From Azolla caroliniana (Eukaryota > Plantae > Polypodiophyta), in NCBI GenBank assembly GCA_043228905.1, contig JBHGNT010000015.1:6262001-6326000 (forward strand): a DNA stretch of 64,000 nt, written 5' to 3'. Numbering within the stretch: the first letter of the stretch is position 1; every line of letters begins with the position of its first letter. This document shows, in pieces, positions 36,097 through 50,900 of this stretch. The notes beneath the pieces are model-generated. The model was not told where the DNA came from, ran no database searches, and worked only from the letters and a program-made list of their open reading frames with translations. Made by a program: the position numbers and the translations under genes.

Positions 36097-39000
36097 GTCG
36101 ACGACAGAACAGTGACGGCTGGCAGCGACGGGACGGTTGGAACAAAGACGGCCGAGCGCCGGCTATCCAACAGAGCCGGCTAGACAGCCATGGACAACCA
36201 GAGGCAAACAGCCAGATGGCCCGACATCCGGCAGCCAGCGAACAGACGGCCATGGCTGAGTTGGCCGGCAGAAGGAAAACACAGTCACAGACACACACAG
36301 AGATGAGGGCCATCTCCAGTCCAACGCAACCGGCCAAGCGGTCTGGCAGCGGGCGATCGGCGACTCGGCCGGCCAAACTGATAGACAGTCGGCGATGGCG
36401 ATGGTCGACAGACGGCCAACGATTAGAAACGACCTAGACACAGACAACGACAAAAACCAAGACAACAGAGAGAGAGAGAGAGAGAGAGCTACACCGAGCT
36501 CTGCCATGGGTAAAGAAGGAGAAACGGATGAAAGTGAAGAGGAAACGGAAGAAAGGAAGGAGAAGAAAAAGAACAAGAACAGAGACAAAAGAGAAACAGA
36601 GGAAAGAAGAGAAGATGAAGAGTAAAACAGAGAGGAGAAGGAGAAGAAGAACGCGGGAAAAAGACAGAGAGAAGACGTAGAAGAAGAAAAAGAAGAAAAG
36701 AAGAGAGAGAAGGGCGTATGAAGAGAAAATTTCAGAAACATAAGGGCAGATGAAATTTCGAAAACTCAAGGGCCAAAAATAGAATTTCAAAAAAAAAAAA
36801 ACCTTGAGGATAAAAATTTTAGAGACCAAGGGTACAAAATACAAAGCTCAAGTCACATGACGAAACCGAAAAATACATCGATCCGGTTTACGCATTGATC
36901 CGGCCCTACCTACGCACCGGTCTGCGTACCGGTTTACACATTCGGCCTAACCGATCGGTCCCAACTGATCCGGTCTTCGGCTTCTTCAGCCGATCCGGCC
37001 GATGTTGAGCTTGTCTCTCAACACTCCCCCTCAAGCTCAACTTGAGGCTCTTCGGGATCTTCGGGCTCACAGCTTCAGTTCCTCCTGGCTTCACGCCTTG
37101 CTCGCGCTCCACGACCTGTTCGACTCCGCGCGCTTCGACCCTTCCAGTCGGCTTGTCTGCTCATGTGGCCCTTATTAGCTCTTCTGTTGTTGCGGTGTTG
37201 ATGCTTCTCCTGCTGCCTTTTCTTCCGCTTGGGCCTCGGTTGATTCAGCGTATCCGAATCAAACATCCGAACCGACTCGGCTACCTCTGATCGATTTTCG
37301 CTCTCGTCCGAGTTGGTTGTCTCCAACTTGTCTTCGGTCTTCTCGCCCTTGATGGCGTCATCTTCCCCATGCGTGGCTGGCTTCGGCTCTCTCCTTTGGC
37401 TGCTCCCCTTCTGTCCGTTTCCAGACTTTTCCGCGGGTCTACCCTCGGCTTCTTCAGCCGATCCGAAGTCGAACTCGACAACCGAGTTAACCGACTCGGT
37501 GTCGTGGTCTCCGCTCCTTTCCTTCTGCCTTGCTTGGTCGTTCAGGACTGTTCTCCCCCTCAAGTTTGGCACGTCGAGGTGACGCTATCCGAGCGCACCT
37601 AAGAATTGCCGCAACTTGTCCAGACCAAGAGGCTTGGTGAAGATGTCGGCAGTCTGCCGATCCGTCGGAACGTACTAAAGTTCGACTTCACCGGAAAGGA
37701 CACGCTCATGGACGAAATGGTAGTGCACCTCAATGTGATTGGTCCGTGCGTGGAAAACGAGGTTTTTCGCGAGCTAGATGTTGTTGAGGTTGTCGCAGTA
37801 GATCGTCGTCGGATCTGACACCTCCTCTTGCAGGTCCCGAAGTAGCCGCTTCAACCATATGGCTTCGCATGTCGCGACAGCCGCTCCTCGGTACTCAGCT
37901 TCGGTGCTCGACAGTGCAACTGTCGGCTGCTTCTTACTACTCCACGCGATCGTGGCACTCCCGAGGGAGAACGCGTATCCGGACGTGGATCGGCGATCGG
38001 CCGCGTTGCCAGCCCAATCAGCATCGGTGTAGCCGACTAACTGTGCGGCTGCACCGGTCCGATATAACAGTCCCCGGTCCTTAGTGCCGTTGACATACCG
38101 AAGTATGCGTTGTGCACACTGGAGGTGCTCCTCGGTAGGTCGCGCCATGAACTGACTGATCACTCCGACCGGATAACTAAGGTCGGGTCGGGTGATGGTC
38201 AAGTATATGAGGCTTCCGACAATTTGTCGGAACCTCGTCGGGTCACATACCTTTCCCGTATCGGGACGAAGCTTGACGGTTCTGTCCAAAGGAGTCGAGA
38301 CAGACTTATAGTTGGCCATCCCGAATTTGAAGAGCATACTCAGCACATAATGACGTTGGCTGATCAATATGACTTCGGGGGTACGGATCACTTCGATCCC
38401 GAGGAAGTAATGAAGGTCCCCCAGATCCTTCATGTCGAACGATGCCGCAAGCTGGAGCTTCACGCGGTCAATTTCACCTAGGTCGGTGCCAGTGATGACC
38501 AAGTCATCAACATATAGTAAAATACTAACCGGTCCGAGTCGACCTTTCCGGATGAACAGGGAAGAGTCCGATTTTGACGTGACGAAGCCCATCCGACGCA
38601 GTTGTTGCGTGATCTTCACGTTCCAGGCACGCGGGGCTTGCTTCAGTCCGTAAAGGGACTTCTTCAGTCGGCATACTGCCGAGGAGTTTGTTCCGGAGTG
38701 AAATCCGGGGGCTTGTACCATGTACACCTGTTCCTCAAGGTCACCTTGCAGGAACGCATTCTTTACATCCATCTGATGTAAGTGCCACCCTTTCACCGCA
38801 ACTACTGCGAGCAAAACACGGACGGTCGTCATTTTCACGACCGGCACAAACGTCTGATCATAGTCGATGCCGTGTTTCTGCGCGTAGCCCTTTGCCACTA
38901 GCCAAGCCTTGTACCGGTTGACCGAGCCATCGGTGTTGTACTTGACCTTGTACACCCACCTACACCCGATCGGTTTTACCCCTCTTGGTGCGTCAACCAA

Positions 39001-39885
39001 GTCCCAGGTCTCGTTCTCCGCCAATGCGTGCATCTCTTCCTCCATCGCGGCACGCCAATTCGCGTCTTTAGTCGCTTCTGCGTAGCTCTCCGGCTCACGC
39101 ACTTCCGCTACACGGATCATGTACACATAATGATGCGCCATGTACTCCTTGTATCCGAACCGCAAAACAGGATTCTTCTGGCGGGTAGATCGGCGTAATC
39201 TCACATTAGCCGATGTCGAGGCCTTCTCGGTCGACGCGGACTTCACCTTTAAAGACCCATCACCAGTTCCCTCGGAGTCGGACTCGCGTCGGTCTGACTC
39301 GTTCCTATCCGTGCCGGAATCCGACACCTTCTTCTTCCCTTTCTCTTTGCGCGTAAGCCGTCTCCTCGGCTTCCTGCACGGGGAATGCACGGCCGAGTCT
39401 CCACTACTCGCCGGCTCTTCATCGGACTGATCGTACCGACTCAGTCGTCCAATCGGTCTACTTAAACAGAGTGAAATCGGACTCACTTCGCGGGTCTCGA
39501 TTTCGGGCTCATCCGGAGGCACCTCGGCCTCGCTGACCTCATTGTCAGAACTCGGATTGGAGTCGAGGTTCGGAGTCGAGGGCTGGTACCAGGACGCGAA
39601 CTCGTCAAACACAACGTCGCGGCTAACACGCGCTTGTTTGGTGCGAGGGTTATAGCACTTATAACCCTTCTGCTCGTCCGAGTAACTGACCAAGATGCAT
39701 TTCTCGGCCTTTGCGTCCAGCTTCCTCCTTTTCTCCTTTGGTACATGCACATACGCAATGCTACCAAACACCCTCAAGTGTCGCAAGTTCGGCTTCGTTC
39801 CGAAATATAGCTCGTGCGCCGACATTTTGTCTCCGATCCGGTTCTGGATGTATACCGCGGTCCTTACCGCCTCGGCCAAGAAGGC
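36097..39885 (-). mobile_element. Ty1/copia 3' half: integrase C-terminus, RT, RNase H, pol tail, PPT 37024-37034, 3' LTR from 37023 leftwards
   Basis: AEAVRTAVY...RVFGS...LYVDDLVI...YTDADWAG...ALSSTEAEY; rc TTGAGGGGGAG followed by TGTTGAGAG; left LTR boundary uncertain. Confidence 0.92.
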
Positions 39886-39889
39886 ACCT

Positions 39890-41126
39890 AAGTGATGCCG
39901 ACAGCAACTCTGGACCCTCCGGAAATAGGGGGAGTCGAAGCGATGAGAACCGGCAAGGAAAGGCCATCGCGGAGTGCTGGTATTGTGGCAAGAAAGGCCA
40001 CAGGGAAAGTGAGTGCTGGAAGAAGCGCGCCGGTTCCGGAAACGGCTCCGGACATACCGACAAGGGAAATCGGCAGCGATCGCACTACACCGAAGACTCC
40101 GGGAGTGTCGGAGAAGGGTCTGCCTTCGTGACGAGACACGAATCAAAATCAATGAAACGGACCACCCCGAGATCGGACGAGGTGTGGTACGTAGACTCAG
40201 GCGCGTCAAACCACATGTCGAGCCATAAGGAGTGGTTCTCGTACCTTGAAAAACCGATACAACCTGGAGTAGTCGCAATTGGAGACGACACTCCGCATCC
40301 GATCGTGAATGTCGGAGAAGTTCCCCTTAGCCACGTCGAGCAGAAAGGGAAATTCATGAACGTGTTGCACATTCTGACAATCACGAAGAATTTGGTCTCG
40401 GTCGGACCGATCGTTGACCAAGGGATGGAGGTTCGGTTTACACACCTCGGGTGCTTCATTGAGGAAGAAGGCCGTGTGATTGCGCAAGGGCGCAGAGAAG
40501 GGAGGATGTTCATCCTCGATTCCACTGACGGCGGCATCGTAATGTTCGCGAAGGGACAAAAAGCCGAGTCGGACATCGACTTGTGGCACAAGCGGATAGG
40601 CCACGTCAACTACCAGCGGCTTCAAGATCTGCAATCGAAATAGGTAGTGTTCGGATTGCCCAAATTTAGTGGCCGAAAGGCAGAAATTTGTGAAGCCTGC
40701 CAGCTCGGGAAGCAACACCGACTTCCTTTTCCCAACGAGCGAAACCGGAGCCGGAACAAGCTCGACCTTATACACTCCGATGTATGGGGGCCGGCACAAA
40801 ACGTTAGTCTTGGCGGGAGCCAGTATTTCGTCTCCTTCATCGACGACCACACGCGGCACAGGTGGATCTACCTCATTGAGAGGAAGAGCGAAGTCTTCGC
40901 CTGTTTCCGGGACCTCAAAGGGTTCGTGGAAATGGAAACGGGACGAAAGATCAAGTGCCTGCGGTCGGATGGCGGGAAAGAGTACTTTTCTGGTCAATTC
41001 AACGGTTATCTACAACAAATGGGAATTCGGCGCGAATTCAGTTGTAGATACACGCCGGAGCAAAACGGCGTGGCCGAGAGGAAGAATCGGTCAGTTGTGG
41101 AAGCGGCACGGGCAATGCTGGAGGAG
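39890..41126 (+). mobile_element. Inverted segment of the same copia: gag zinc knuckle, protease, integrase N-terminal half
   Basis: CWYCGKKGHRESEC; WYVDSGASNHM; WHKRIGH; IHSDVWGP; QNGVAERKNRSVVEAARAMLEE. Confidence 0.9.
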
Positions 41127-42350
41127 AATTGTCGGATTTTGACATTTGGAAGCCGATTCGATGAAGATATTGTGTTATCTTCAAGTGCCAAGCACGTGGT
41201 GCTTGCTTAAGGCCGTAGAGAGGCTTCTTGAGTCTGCAGATGGCTTTTAGATAAATGTTGGATTCGAAGCTGGGTGGTTGTACCATGTACACCTCCTCTT
41301 CTAATTCACCTTGAAGAAAAGCGTTATTGACATCCATCTGGTGGAGGTGCCACCCTTTCGCTGCTGCAAGCGCTATCACGGTTCACACAGTTTTCATCTT
41401 TGCCACCGGGGCAAAGGTCTCTTCATAGTCGACGCCATGTGTTTGTGCGTAGCCCTTTGCTACGAGTCAAGCTTTGTAGTGGTTGACAGAACTGTCGGCA
41501 TTATACTTCACTTTGTATATCCATCCACAACCGATTGCCTTCTTGTGCGGTGAGTGAGGGACGAGATCCCATGTCTCATTCTTGCTGAGAGCTTGCATCT
41601 CCTCATTCATCGCTTCAACCCATCGCGGATCTTTAGCAGCTTCAACAAAGCTCTCCGGTTCTCAAACTGTTGCCACCTTCATCATAAAGGCATAGTGGTA
41701 TGCCATATAGTCATTGTAGCCGAATCAACTAACCAGATTCTTCTCTCGAGTGGAGTGATGGAGTTTCTCATTTGCCGATGTGAGTGCTTTCTCAACTCTG
41801 GGTGACCTCGTAAGAGACACATCAAAGCCATCGAACTCACTATCGAGTGGATGAGTCGATTTGTTGCCGTCAAAGTGATCATCTTCATAATCCGGCATTT
41901 TGGCCTTCCCTTTGTCCATCTTTGGACTTGGCCGAGATGTGCTTTGGTTGCTCGGAGGCTCTTGTGGTCCGCTCAATCTAGTTGAGATCGGACTCTCTTC
42001 GAGTATTGAACTTAGTTGATCATTGTCTTCTGTGTTGTCGAGGTTGTTCGTAGATGGCTCGGGAGGAGTCGGCTCAGGTTTGTACCATGATGTCGATTTG
42101 TCAAAGACGACATCCCGACTTACACGAGTCTTCCAAGTAGAGGGGTTGAAGCACTTGTACCCCTTTTGCTCCAGTGAGTACCCCACGAGGATGCACTTCT
42201 CTGATTTTGGGTCAAGCTTCTACCGCTTCTCATCGGGAATGTGCATGTATGCAATGGAGCTGAATATCCTTACAAGGGATAGGTCTGGCTTCTTCCTATA
42301 GTATTTCTTGTGCACTCTGGATGTTGTGCACCGGTTCATGAGGTAGACGG
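41127..42350 (-). mobile_element. Ty1/copia integrase-RT fragment (separate copy)
   Basis: GYSLEQKGYKCFNP...SRDVVFD; HQMDVNNAFLQGELEEEVYM...LYGLKQAPRAW. Confidence 0.92.
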
Positions 42351-42938
42351 TGTCGTGAAGAAAACCGGCCATGGGCGGAATCGGAGAAAGAGGGGCATGA
42401 ACCGGCTCTTACACGGACGGACGCGTGAATTGATATTTGGATATTTGTATGTATGATTCATAAATGGATCGGCTAATGTAAATACTAGGTAGTGTGCATT
42501 TATTAAGGGATTGTGCGTATCTCTGTCGAAAGGGATAGGGAATAAAGCGGTTTTGACTAGGGAGAAAGACGGCCCCTTTTAGGAACTATTTTTAAGGAGA
42601 GGAGAGGAGGAGGAGAAGGGATCGCGCGTTGGCGAGGTCGAAGTGCTGCTGCAAAACCGAGTGCCGAGCTCTCTCTCCTCCAATCGTCGTTCTCTGTGGG
42701 TGTCGGGAGTTCGTTGCCTCTGCTTCGTGGACAGCCCATGTGCTTCCAGCAGAGTCTCTCTCTCTCCCTTTTCCCCTTTTGTTTCTTCGAGTCGTGTGGC
42801 TGTCGTCGATGTGCGTGAGTAGGACCCCGTGTCGGGTCCATTACCAGGTTGCCGGTTGTAACTGCTCGAGTTGTAAGCTATTGACTATAGTAATCGGATT
42901 CCTGTTTTCTTGCTCTTAATCTCTTCCTGTGTACTTGC

Positions 42939-42995
<57 letters not shown>

Positions 42996-44930
42996 TGGTC
43001 CAAGACACCCGTGTCGCTCGTGAGGGAACGGGTACCCTCGACAGAGCCGTTGAATCGATCGTCGGCACTATAGGCCGGTTCGGAGGGAAAGACGCCACAA
43101 GTTATTTGGAGGCTTACCGGGCCAAAATGATCATGAGGGATATCCCGATGGACAGGCGGCTGTCTGGATTCCCTCGGGTGGTGACGCCGAGCATCCACGC
43201 GGAGGTGCTCGAGGTGCTGGCCGGATGCCAGACTTGGGAGGAGTTCGAGCTGCAGCTCCTCGAGAAGTACGGGTTTGACGACTCGCTTCGGCTATCAAGG
43301 CGGGACTTTATGGCGTGGGTGGAAAACCCCGGAAAAGGGAGGAACATGTCGGCGCTCCTCTAGGAGTTCGAAAAATGGTTCGCGCGGCTGTCAACGCTAG
43401 ACCGGACCGTGCTCGAAATGAGTCGAGTACTATTGTTTGTCAAGTCGGTGGACGCGCTCGACAGGGAAAAGGTGGGTCCCCTATTGGAAACGGACGAAAG
43501 GCTCACTGCAGACTGGGCCGTGGTAAAACGGGTCTGCAGCCGTTTTGACAAACGGCGCGATTGGAGCGACAGAAGCTCGTCGGGGTCAGGGCCGGTCCCG
43601 GCGAGGAGGCTCGAGGAGCCGGTATCGATGCCGGCCGGTAGGAAGGAAGAGATCCGAATCTGGCTAGAGTTGGGGTCAGCATCGAATGACGTGGTCAGAG
43701 GCCCATCCGGAGGAGCGACTTTGGAGGAGCTGACACAGATGGTGCGCAACTTGCAGATCGCACAGGCCCGGAGAGACAATGGCGAACAACCTCACGACCG
43801 GAGGCCGCCGGCTGGGCAGCGGTGCATGTGGTGTGACGCGATCGGTCACATTCGGAAGGATTGCGTGGATTTCGCCGACGCGCTTAGGACCAACGTGGTG
43901 TACCTCTGGAACGGGCGGGTGCACGCGAGCGAGACCTGGAGAGCCCTAGAACTAAATACGGGGCGCAACGGAATGAAGAGGTTGATGGAAGAGGCCGCGA
44001 CACGGCACGTTGAAGCCATTAAGTACTCAGTGTCGGCGGGAATTCAGGTCGGGGGTGACGAGTCCCGAAAGGTGAAGGACTCCGGATTCTGACTGCTAGT
44101 GCTAGAAGGCCTCTCCGGAGTTCGGCTAAAGAAGGAAGAGGCTGACCGTGCGGAACAACGGGTCCAGGAGGTCACCGGATGGTACGATCCGGTCGAAGAG
44201 AAAACAGGTTTGTAGAAGCCACTTGCCAGAACTACGAGGCTCTGGTGGAAGACAAACGGGCAGGAAAGGCCGGGGGCATCGGTCCCCCGTAGAGGTATGA
44301 GACCCGGTTCGGACAGAAACCGATCGGTGCCGGCAACCCAGGCGCGCCAGACGGAAAGAAGCAGGCGGGGTTTCGGTTGAGCACTGAAATCGAGAGAGCA
44401 ACGGACCTACGGAAGGTCCTTGAAGAGCGGATCCTCGACAGTAAAGTGGAGCTGTCGTTGTGGGAGGTGCTGGGAATCGCCAAGAGGGAGTTCCACGACT
44501 CCATCGTAGACTTGGTGAAGCGGAAGAGGCTCTCGACGGAGCCGAAACCGGAGAAGCCAGTGGAGGTGCGGACTACGCACTTAGAAGACGCAACCCTAGA
44601 AGACGAGTTGGCGGAAAGCCACTACGCGAAGCCGCATTGGGCCAGGGTGACTACGGAGACACCTGTGCGGATCGACAACGTTCCGGAACCGGTGGTGGCC
44701 TTGGTAGACCATGGATCCGAAATCAACCTGATGTCTATGGATTTCTACAAGAGGGGTAAATGGCTGATCAACACCAAGCATGGGTGGAAGATACGCGCGG
44801 CGACGCGTGCTACGGAGGAGCTGCATGGTGCGTGCCCGAATGTACGCGTAAAGGTCGGTGACGTCGAGATAGATCAACATTTCTTCGTGCAGGAAAAATC
44901 CTCGCACCCGGTGATTCTCGGCGAACCATA

Positions 44931-47900
44931 TGATAGAGTGTATAAGATAATAGATAGTTATACACTATATGAGGGCTTGATCAAACCGATTAGATGGAGT
45001 TGAAAATCATAATATATTATATAGCTCTAGGTAATTATGATTAGAGAGTATAACTCAAGAAACTAAGAAAAAAGATAGAGAAAGCGAGCAAGAAATAAGA
45101 ATATTCTGATATTCCAACATCAAGAGAATACAAAGGAGACAAACTCCACATTGAACTAAAACCAAAGACCTTCCTCTTCTAAGACACTTCCTCTTCCACA
45201 AAGACACTTCTTCCTAACACTCCTCATCCACTCTTTGGTCTTCACTCTTCGCCCCCTTCTCACTAATATTACTTCTTCTTTTATAACCTTCCTCTTCTTA
45301 TCCACGTTCATGCTATTTTTAGAAGCTTTTTATCTCCCTATTTTTAGCTATGACACATCAACCTTCTAATCGTCATATCTCCCTCATCCGATATCCAAAT
45401 TAAGCGATTTAAAAAGCTATAGAAAGCTCTTTTTACAAGCTTTCTAATCCATATTTAAACGTGATATTTGGATAAACAACGAGGGAGTTATGACCATTCT
45501 ATTTTTACTGTTTTTTATAGTCTGCGTTTTCTCTTTTTAATTTTCTCTTGGTCTCGTACTTTTACTTTTGACTTCTTCCCTAAGGTCTTAGTTCGTGTTC
45601 TTATCCTCAAAAGGTGAATTATCTATACTTTATATTCTCCTAATGTTCAATGGCTTAGATTCTAAAAACACTTTCACATTTAGCCCTCCCCCTTGTTAGA
45701 GGCTAAGCCATTTATGGCGAAGCACTTATTGGCAGTACTTAACAAACAAAAGCTCTCTCGCCAATCTCTTGGCTATAGACAATGAGAGAGATATAATAAA
45801 AAGAAAATAAAAAGATGTGAGTAAAACCCCCGCTAATCGGTAGGAAAAACCTCACATTCTCTACAAATAAAAAAAATAATCACTATTACCATCTTCCTTT
45901 TTGTTAATAGAGAGAAAGATGGGTCTACAATATGGACTATTAAGAAAATAATGTATGGGGAAACAAGTCCACTTCTTGCTCCCATCCATCCGTATCAACA
46001 ATATCATTAGTAACTTGGGGAATATAAGTAGGTCCCCGAGTTACATACTTTTTAAGGCGCCATCCGTTCACTCGATAAGAATGAAGTGCTCCATCCACAT
46101 CTTTCAATTGGTAACTTCCGTTGTCATACTTTTTGTGAACCAGAAAGGGTCCTTCCCACTTATTATCAAGCTTTTGTCCTTGAATATAATCATATCTATT
46201 ATCATACCTAAGAACCAATGATCCTTCTTCAATGTGGTTGCCCTTGTGTTTTTTGTCATATGCCTCCTTTCTCTTCATTGCTTGATTTAAGTAATGCTCC
46301 ACAGCTTCTTCTCTTGAATATTGTAGTAGATGGTTGCTCGCTAAACGACTCATCACATCATTTCCTTTTGAGCGATGCGATGCCTCCATTAGTCTATTAC
46401 TTTTGATCTCAAGTTCGATCGGAAGTAACGCTTCTTTTCCATAAACCAAATAAAAGGAGTAAAACCTGTGGAGGATTTATAAGAAACTCTATAAGCCCAA
46501 AGAGTATCATCCAAATACCTATCCCATGTTCTTGCTTTGTCTTGCACTAACTTTGTCAAATTCTTCACTATAAGCCCATTCACTTTCTCAACTGCACCAT
46601 TTGCTTGAGGATAATAAGGCGTTGAATATCGATGCTTAATCTTCAACTTGCTTAATAGACAAGCTAACATTTCACTCCTAAAACCGGGTCCATGATCGGA
46701 TACAATCTCCATGGGAACTCCAAATCTAGTACAAATATTCTTATACACAAATTGGGCTACATCTTTGGCTTTAATCGAGGAAGTTGCTATAGCTTCCACC
46801 CACTTTGTCATGTAGTCAATGGCCACCAAAATAAACTCTTTACCATGTTGAGTTTTCGGAAGAGGTCCTACTGCATCAATTCCCCATTTCTCGAATGGAG
46901 CAAACACCACAATGGGTTGTAAAGGTCCACTTTGTAGATGTCTTATTCCCGCTTTTTGACATGCATCACAAGATCTACACCAATCATGCACATCCCTATG
47001 GATAGTAGGCCATGTAAAACCAATTAGTAAAATCTTTCTTATCATTATATCATGGGCTAAATGCCCACCACAAACTTCTTCATGCAACTTAAAGAGTATC
47101 TTTATAATCTCGCTTTTGTTAGGAACTCTTCGTAAAACTCCATCTTTCCCTTTGTTGTACAAATCTTCACCCACCAAATGATATTGTGAAGCCTTTGCCA
47201 CCAAACGCTTTCTTTGCAAAGCATTGAGGTTATTTGGAAACTCTCCTTTATTAAGAAAATTATGTACTTCCTCTAGGGAGTCTACATCTTTGCACGTCTC
47301 CAAAACACCAACGAAACCTTCCTTGATCTTATCTAATTGGGCTTGAGCTAATGCATCCGCTTCTTTATTGTATAATCTCCCCACATGCTTAACCTGTATC
47401 TTTTCAAAAGACCTTAGTAGACTCATTGCTTCTTTATAAAAATTTCTAAGCCCATCACTTTGACATTTCCAATTGCCTTGAATTTGTTTAATTACCAATA
47501 AGGAATCACCCTTAAGAATTAATCTTTTTATCTTCATAGCTTTACATAGACGAAGACCATAACACAAGGTAGCATACTCCGCTTCATTATTTGAATTCAC
47601 ACCACTTAATGTAATACCTTCACTTTTTACTCTGTCTCCTTGAGGATCCTTGAGAATAATCCCACCCACGGCTATGTTTGTGGCTTTGCGAAATGCCCCA
47701 TCAAAGAATAAGGTGAATGCATCCTCCATATCCGGCTCGGGAAGTGCCTTTCGTAGCTTTACCAAGTCTTCTTCATGAAAGGTTTCTCTAAAGGTGAGAA
47801 GATCCGCCAATTCGGCACGCATAGTTGACTCCAATTTGACTTCAAAATCAAACTCCGCCAATAGTAGAGCCCATTTAGCAATTCGTGCTGAAATGCTCAC

Positions 47901-50900
47901 ATGTTGGAGTACATATGGGAGTAATGACATGCTAGTGATTATTACAAAATGATGAGGTAGTAGAAAGCTTCTAAACTTTTTACAAGCATATATAAGAGCT
48001 AACATCCACTTTTCTACTTCTAAGAATTCTTTCTCTACATCAGACATGGCTTTACTAATAAAATATATAGGATGCATAAGCCTATTTTCAGAATCTTGTT
48101 GCATAAGAATGGCTCCTATAGCATGAGATCCAACACTAAGAGAAAGAAAGAAGGTAGATGTTCTATCAGGTGGCTTTAGAATAGGAGCATTACATAATAG
48201 TTCTTTTATTCTTACATATTGCTCTTCAGTTGTAGATGTCCACAAGAAGTTGTTGGTGCGAAGAATAATGCGAAAAGGATAGAGAATTTGGGCCAACATA
48301 TGAATGAATCGTTCAAAGTAACGAACTTTTTGAACAAATACCTCCAAATCTTTGATACTCGTGGGTGTTGTCATCTTTTGAATTGCTTCAATCTTTGAGC
48401 TATCAACTTTGATTCCTTCTTGAGACACCACATGACCAAGCATCACCACCTCCTTTTCACCTATGTGACACTTCTCTGGGTTGAGTTGCATTTTGCATTC
48501 CTCCAATCTTTTGAATGCCGAGCGAACCTTTTCCAAATGGTCTTTCCTGCTACTATAAATTGCAAAGTCATCCATAAAGACTCTAACAAACTTTCCAAAG
48601 AATGGTTGGAATACATGAATAGCAAGACGATTAAATGTAAAAACAGCATTTGTGAGTCCAAAGGGCATGCATCGATATGCAAAGCATCCCCATGGAGTGA
48701 TGAATGTCGTCTTCTTTTGATCCTCTTCCGCAATACGAATTTGAAAATAACCTGAATAGCCATCACAAACAGAGTACATTTCATGACCCGCAATTTCATC
48801 TAATATTTCATCTTGGAAAGGGAGAGGAAAGTGATCCCTCTTGGTAGCCGCATTTAGAGGTTTGTAATCAACACAAACCCTCCATTTTCCATTCTTTTTA
48901 GGTACCACCACAATGGGCGAAACCCATTCAGAATCTTCCACTGGGTAAATGAATTGTGCACGCAACAAAGCTTTGACTTCCTTTAATAAGGCCTCCTTTT
49001 GCACGTGACCTAGCCTTCGCAACTTTTGCGCAACGGGAGTTGTACCCTCCTTTAGATTTATGTGATGTTGGATGACATCTACACCCCTAATATGAGCATA
49101 ATCACTAATGAAAAGGTTAGGAAATTCAGAAATCAAATTAATAAATTGTTGCTTCTCTTGCCCTTTAAGATCTTTAGAAATCATCTTCTCTTTTTGCTCC
49201 ATAGTAATTAAACCTCCTTCATCATCTTCTTCCTTCAAAACGGCATATGATGTGGTCATTTCCCATTCTGACGAGGAATCTTCACTTTCATCACTTTCAT
49301 ATGCGGACCCACTATCATATTCAGTTATTCCATCTTCTTCTTTCTCAATAAGTCTTTGTTGCCGCATATCATAATGTATGCTCACTCCTTTTGATGGCGT
49401 TATGGTCATCAAACCTTTGCTCCAATCTTGGACAACATTGAGTTCTTGCATCCATGGTCGTCCTAGTACCAAAGAATATGACGGTCCTTTTAGTGGTATT
49501 ACATGAAAATCCATGGAAATGCTTACCCCAAAACACTTGATGACAACATCCTCCACTATGCCAATGCAATGGACCACTCCACCATCGGCTACAGCCACTC
49601 TTGCCGAAGATGACCTACTTATAGGAATTCCCACTTTGTTTACCACAAATTCAGAAATCAAGCTTACTCTAGCACCACTATCAACCAACGCATCTTTGAT
49701 GTGAAACCCTTTGATGGAGACGGGGATGGTGGGTCGTATGTCCTTTCGATCTTCTACTCACACGATTCCCACATAATGCACAGTCTTCCGACTTTGGCGA
49801 ATACTTGCAAGTCGCCCCCACTCCTTTCGTAATGTGGGAGATAATTGGAGAAGTTGCGGCCATGTTATCCTTGGTCCACTTGAAATCAACTCATGCTTCA
49901 AATTGAAAGCTTCTACACCTTCACCCATAGGAATGTCCTCCATCTTGATCTTTCTTCTAGAGTGTCTCCTTCTCAATTTTTCCTCTTTCTCATTCTCCTT
50001 AGACTTCTTCTTTTGTCTTGAGGCACTAGATTCTCCTTCAACTTCTTTCTCCTTTTGCGAGGACCTTGTCCTTTTCACAGGAGCTACTTCAAAAGAATTA
50101 TCACTATCATCAATAAAATTAAGAAGATTCACATTATGAGGGATTGTAGGAACCTGAGCCATAGGGAGTGTTACGTTTCCTTCGACTTCATTGTTGTTAG
50201 GTCGTTGTCCATTCCTTTGCACTTGATAAATGCCTCTTCCCATGCCTCTTTGTTGTCGATGAGGACATCTTGTTGAGATGTGTCCCTCCTCTTGACAAGA
50301 ATAACAAATTACACCGTGATGCCCTCTAGAGCCACCACCATCGGGAATAGTGTTGTGAATTGCTTGGGATTGTCGCAAGTGGGTCATCACTTCATCAAAG
50401 CGCCGATTTACCAATGCCATGGTATCTTGTTCACTCCTCACTTGTTCAACTTCTTGGGATATACTTGTTGGGTTTATTGTTGTGGTGGTATACACATTTG
50501 GAAACACTTGTCCCCCATGCACAATTGAAGATGAGGCTTGAAAGTTGGCACGAGGCATCAAATTTGCACCCAAAGCCGTCATTTGGGGATCCCCCAAGGA
50601 GCTCATCATCTTCACTTGTCGATCATAAGCTTGACAAACTTGGATAAGAGCTTGAAACGATGTGGGATCCTTCAAGTTTGCTTCCAAACGGAAATACATA
50701 TCAAGACCCATCTTGAATCGTTCCATTTTAAACCACTCGTCTTCAGTGCCGCCACGAAGACGAATCCATGTAGTCCACAAATCCTTGAAATTTCTTTCAT
50801 ACTCAGTGAAACCAATTGGTGATTCCATCTTTAGTCGAAATAGCTCTTCCCTTACTTCGGTTGCACTTCGTCGTTGAATATATTTGGCACGAAACTGGTG

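Noticed and set aside
36163-36844. Membrane-protein-like Ser/Phe/Leu ORFs
   Set aside because: Translation of a CT/GA-rich low-complexity LTR tract.
37774-40278. 834-aa ORF as a novel fusion protein
   Set aside because: The N-terminal ~130 aa are the antisense of the inverted gag/protease block; the rest is ordinary copia pol.
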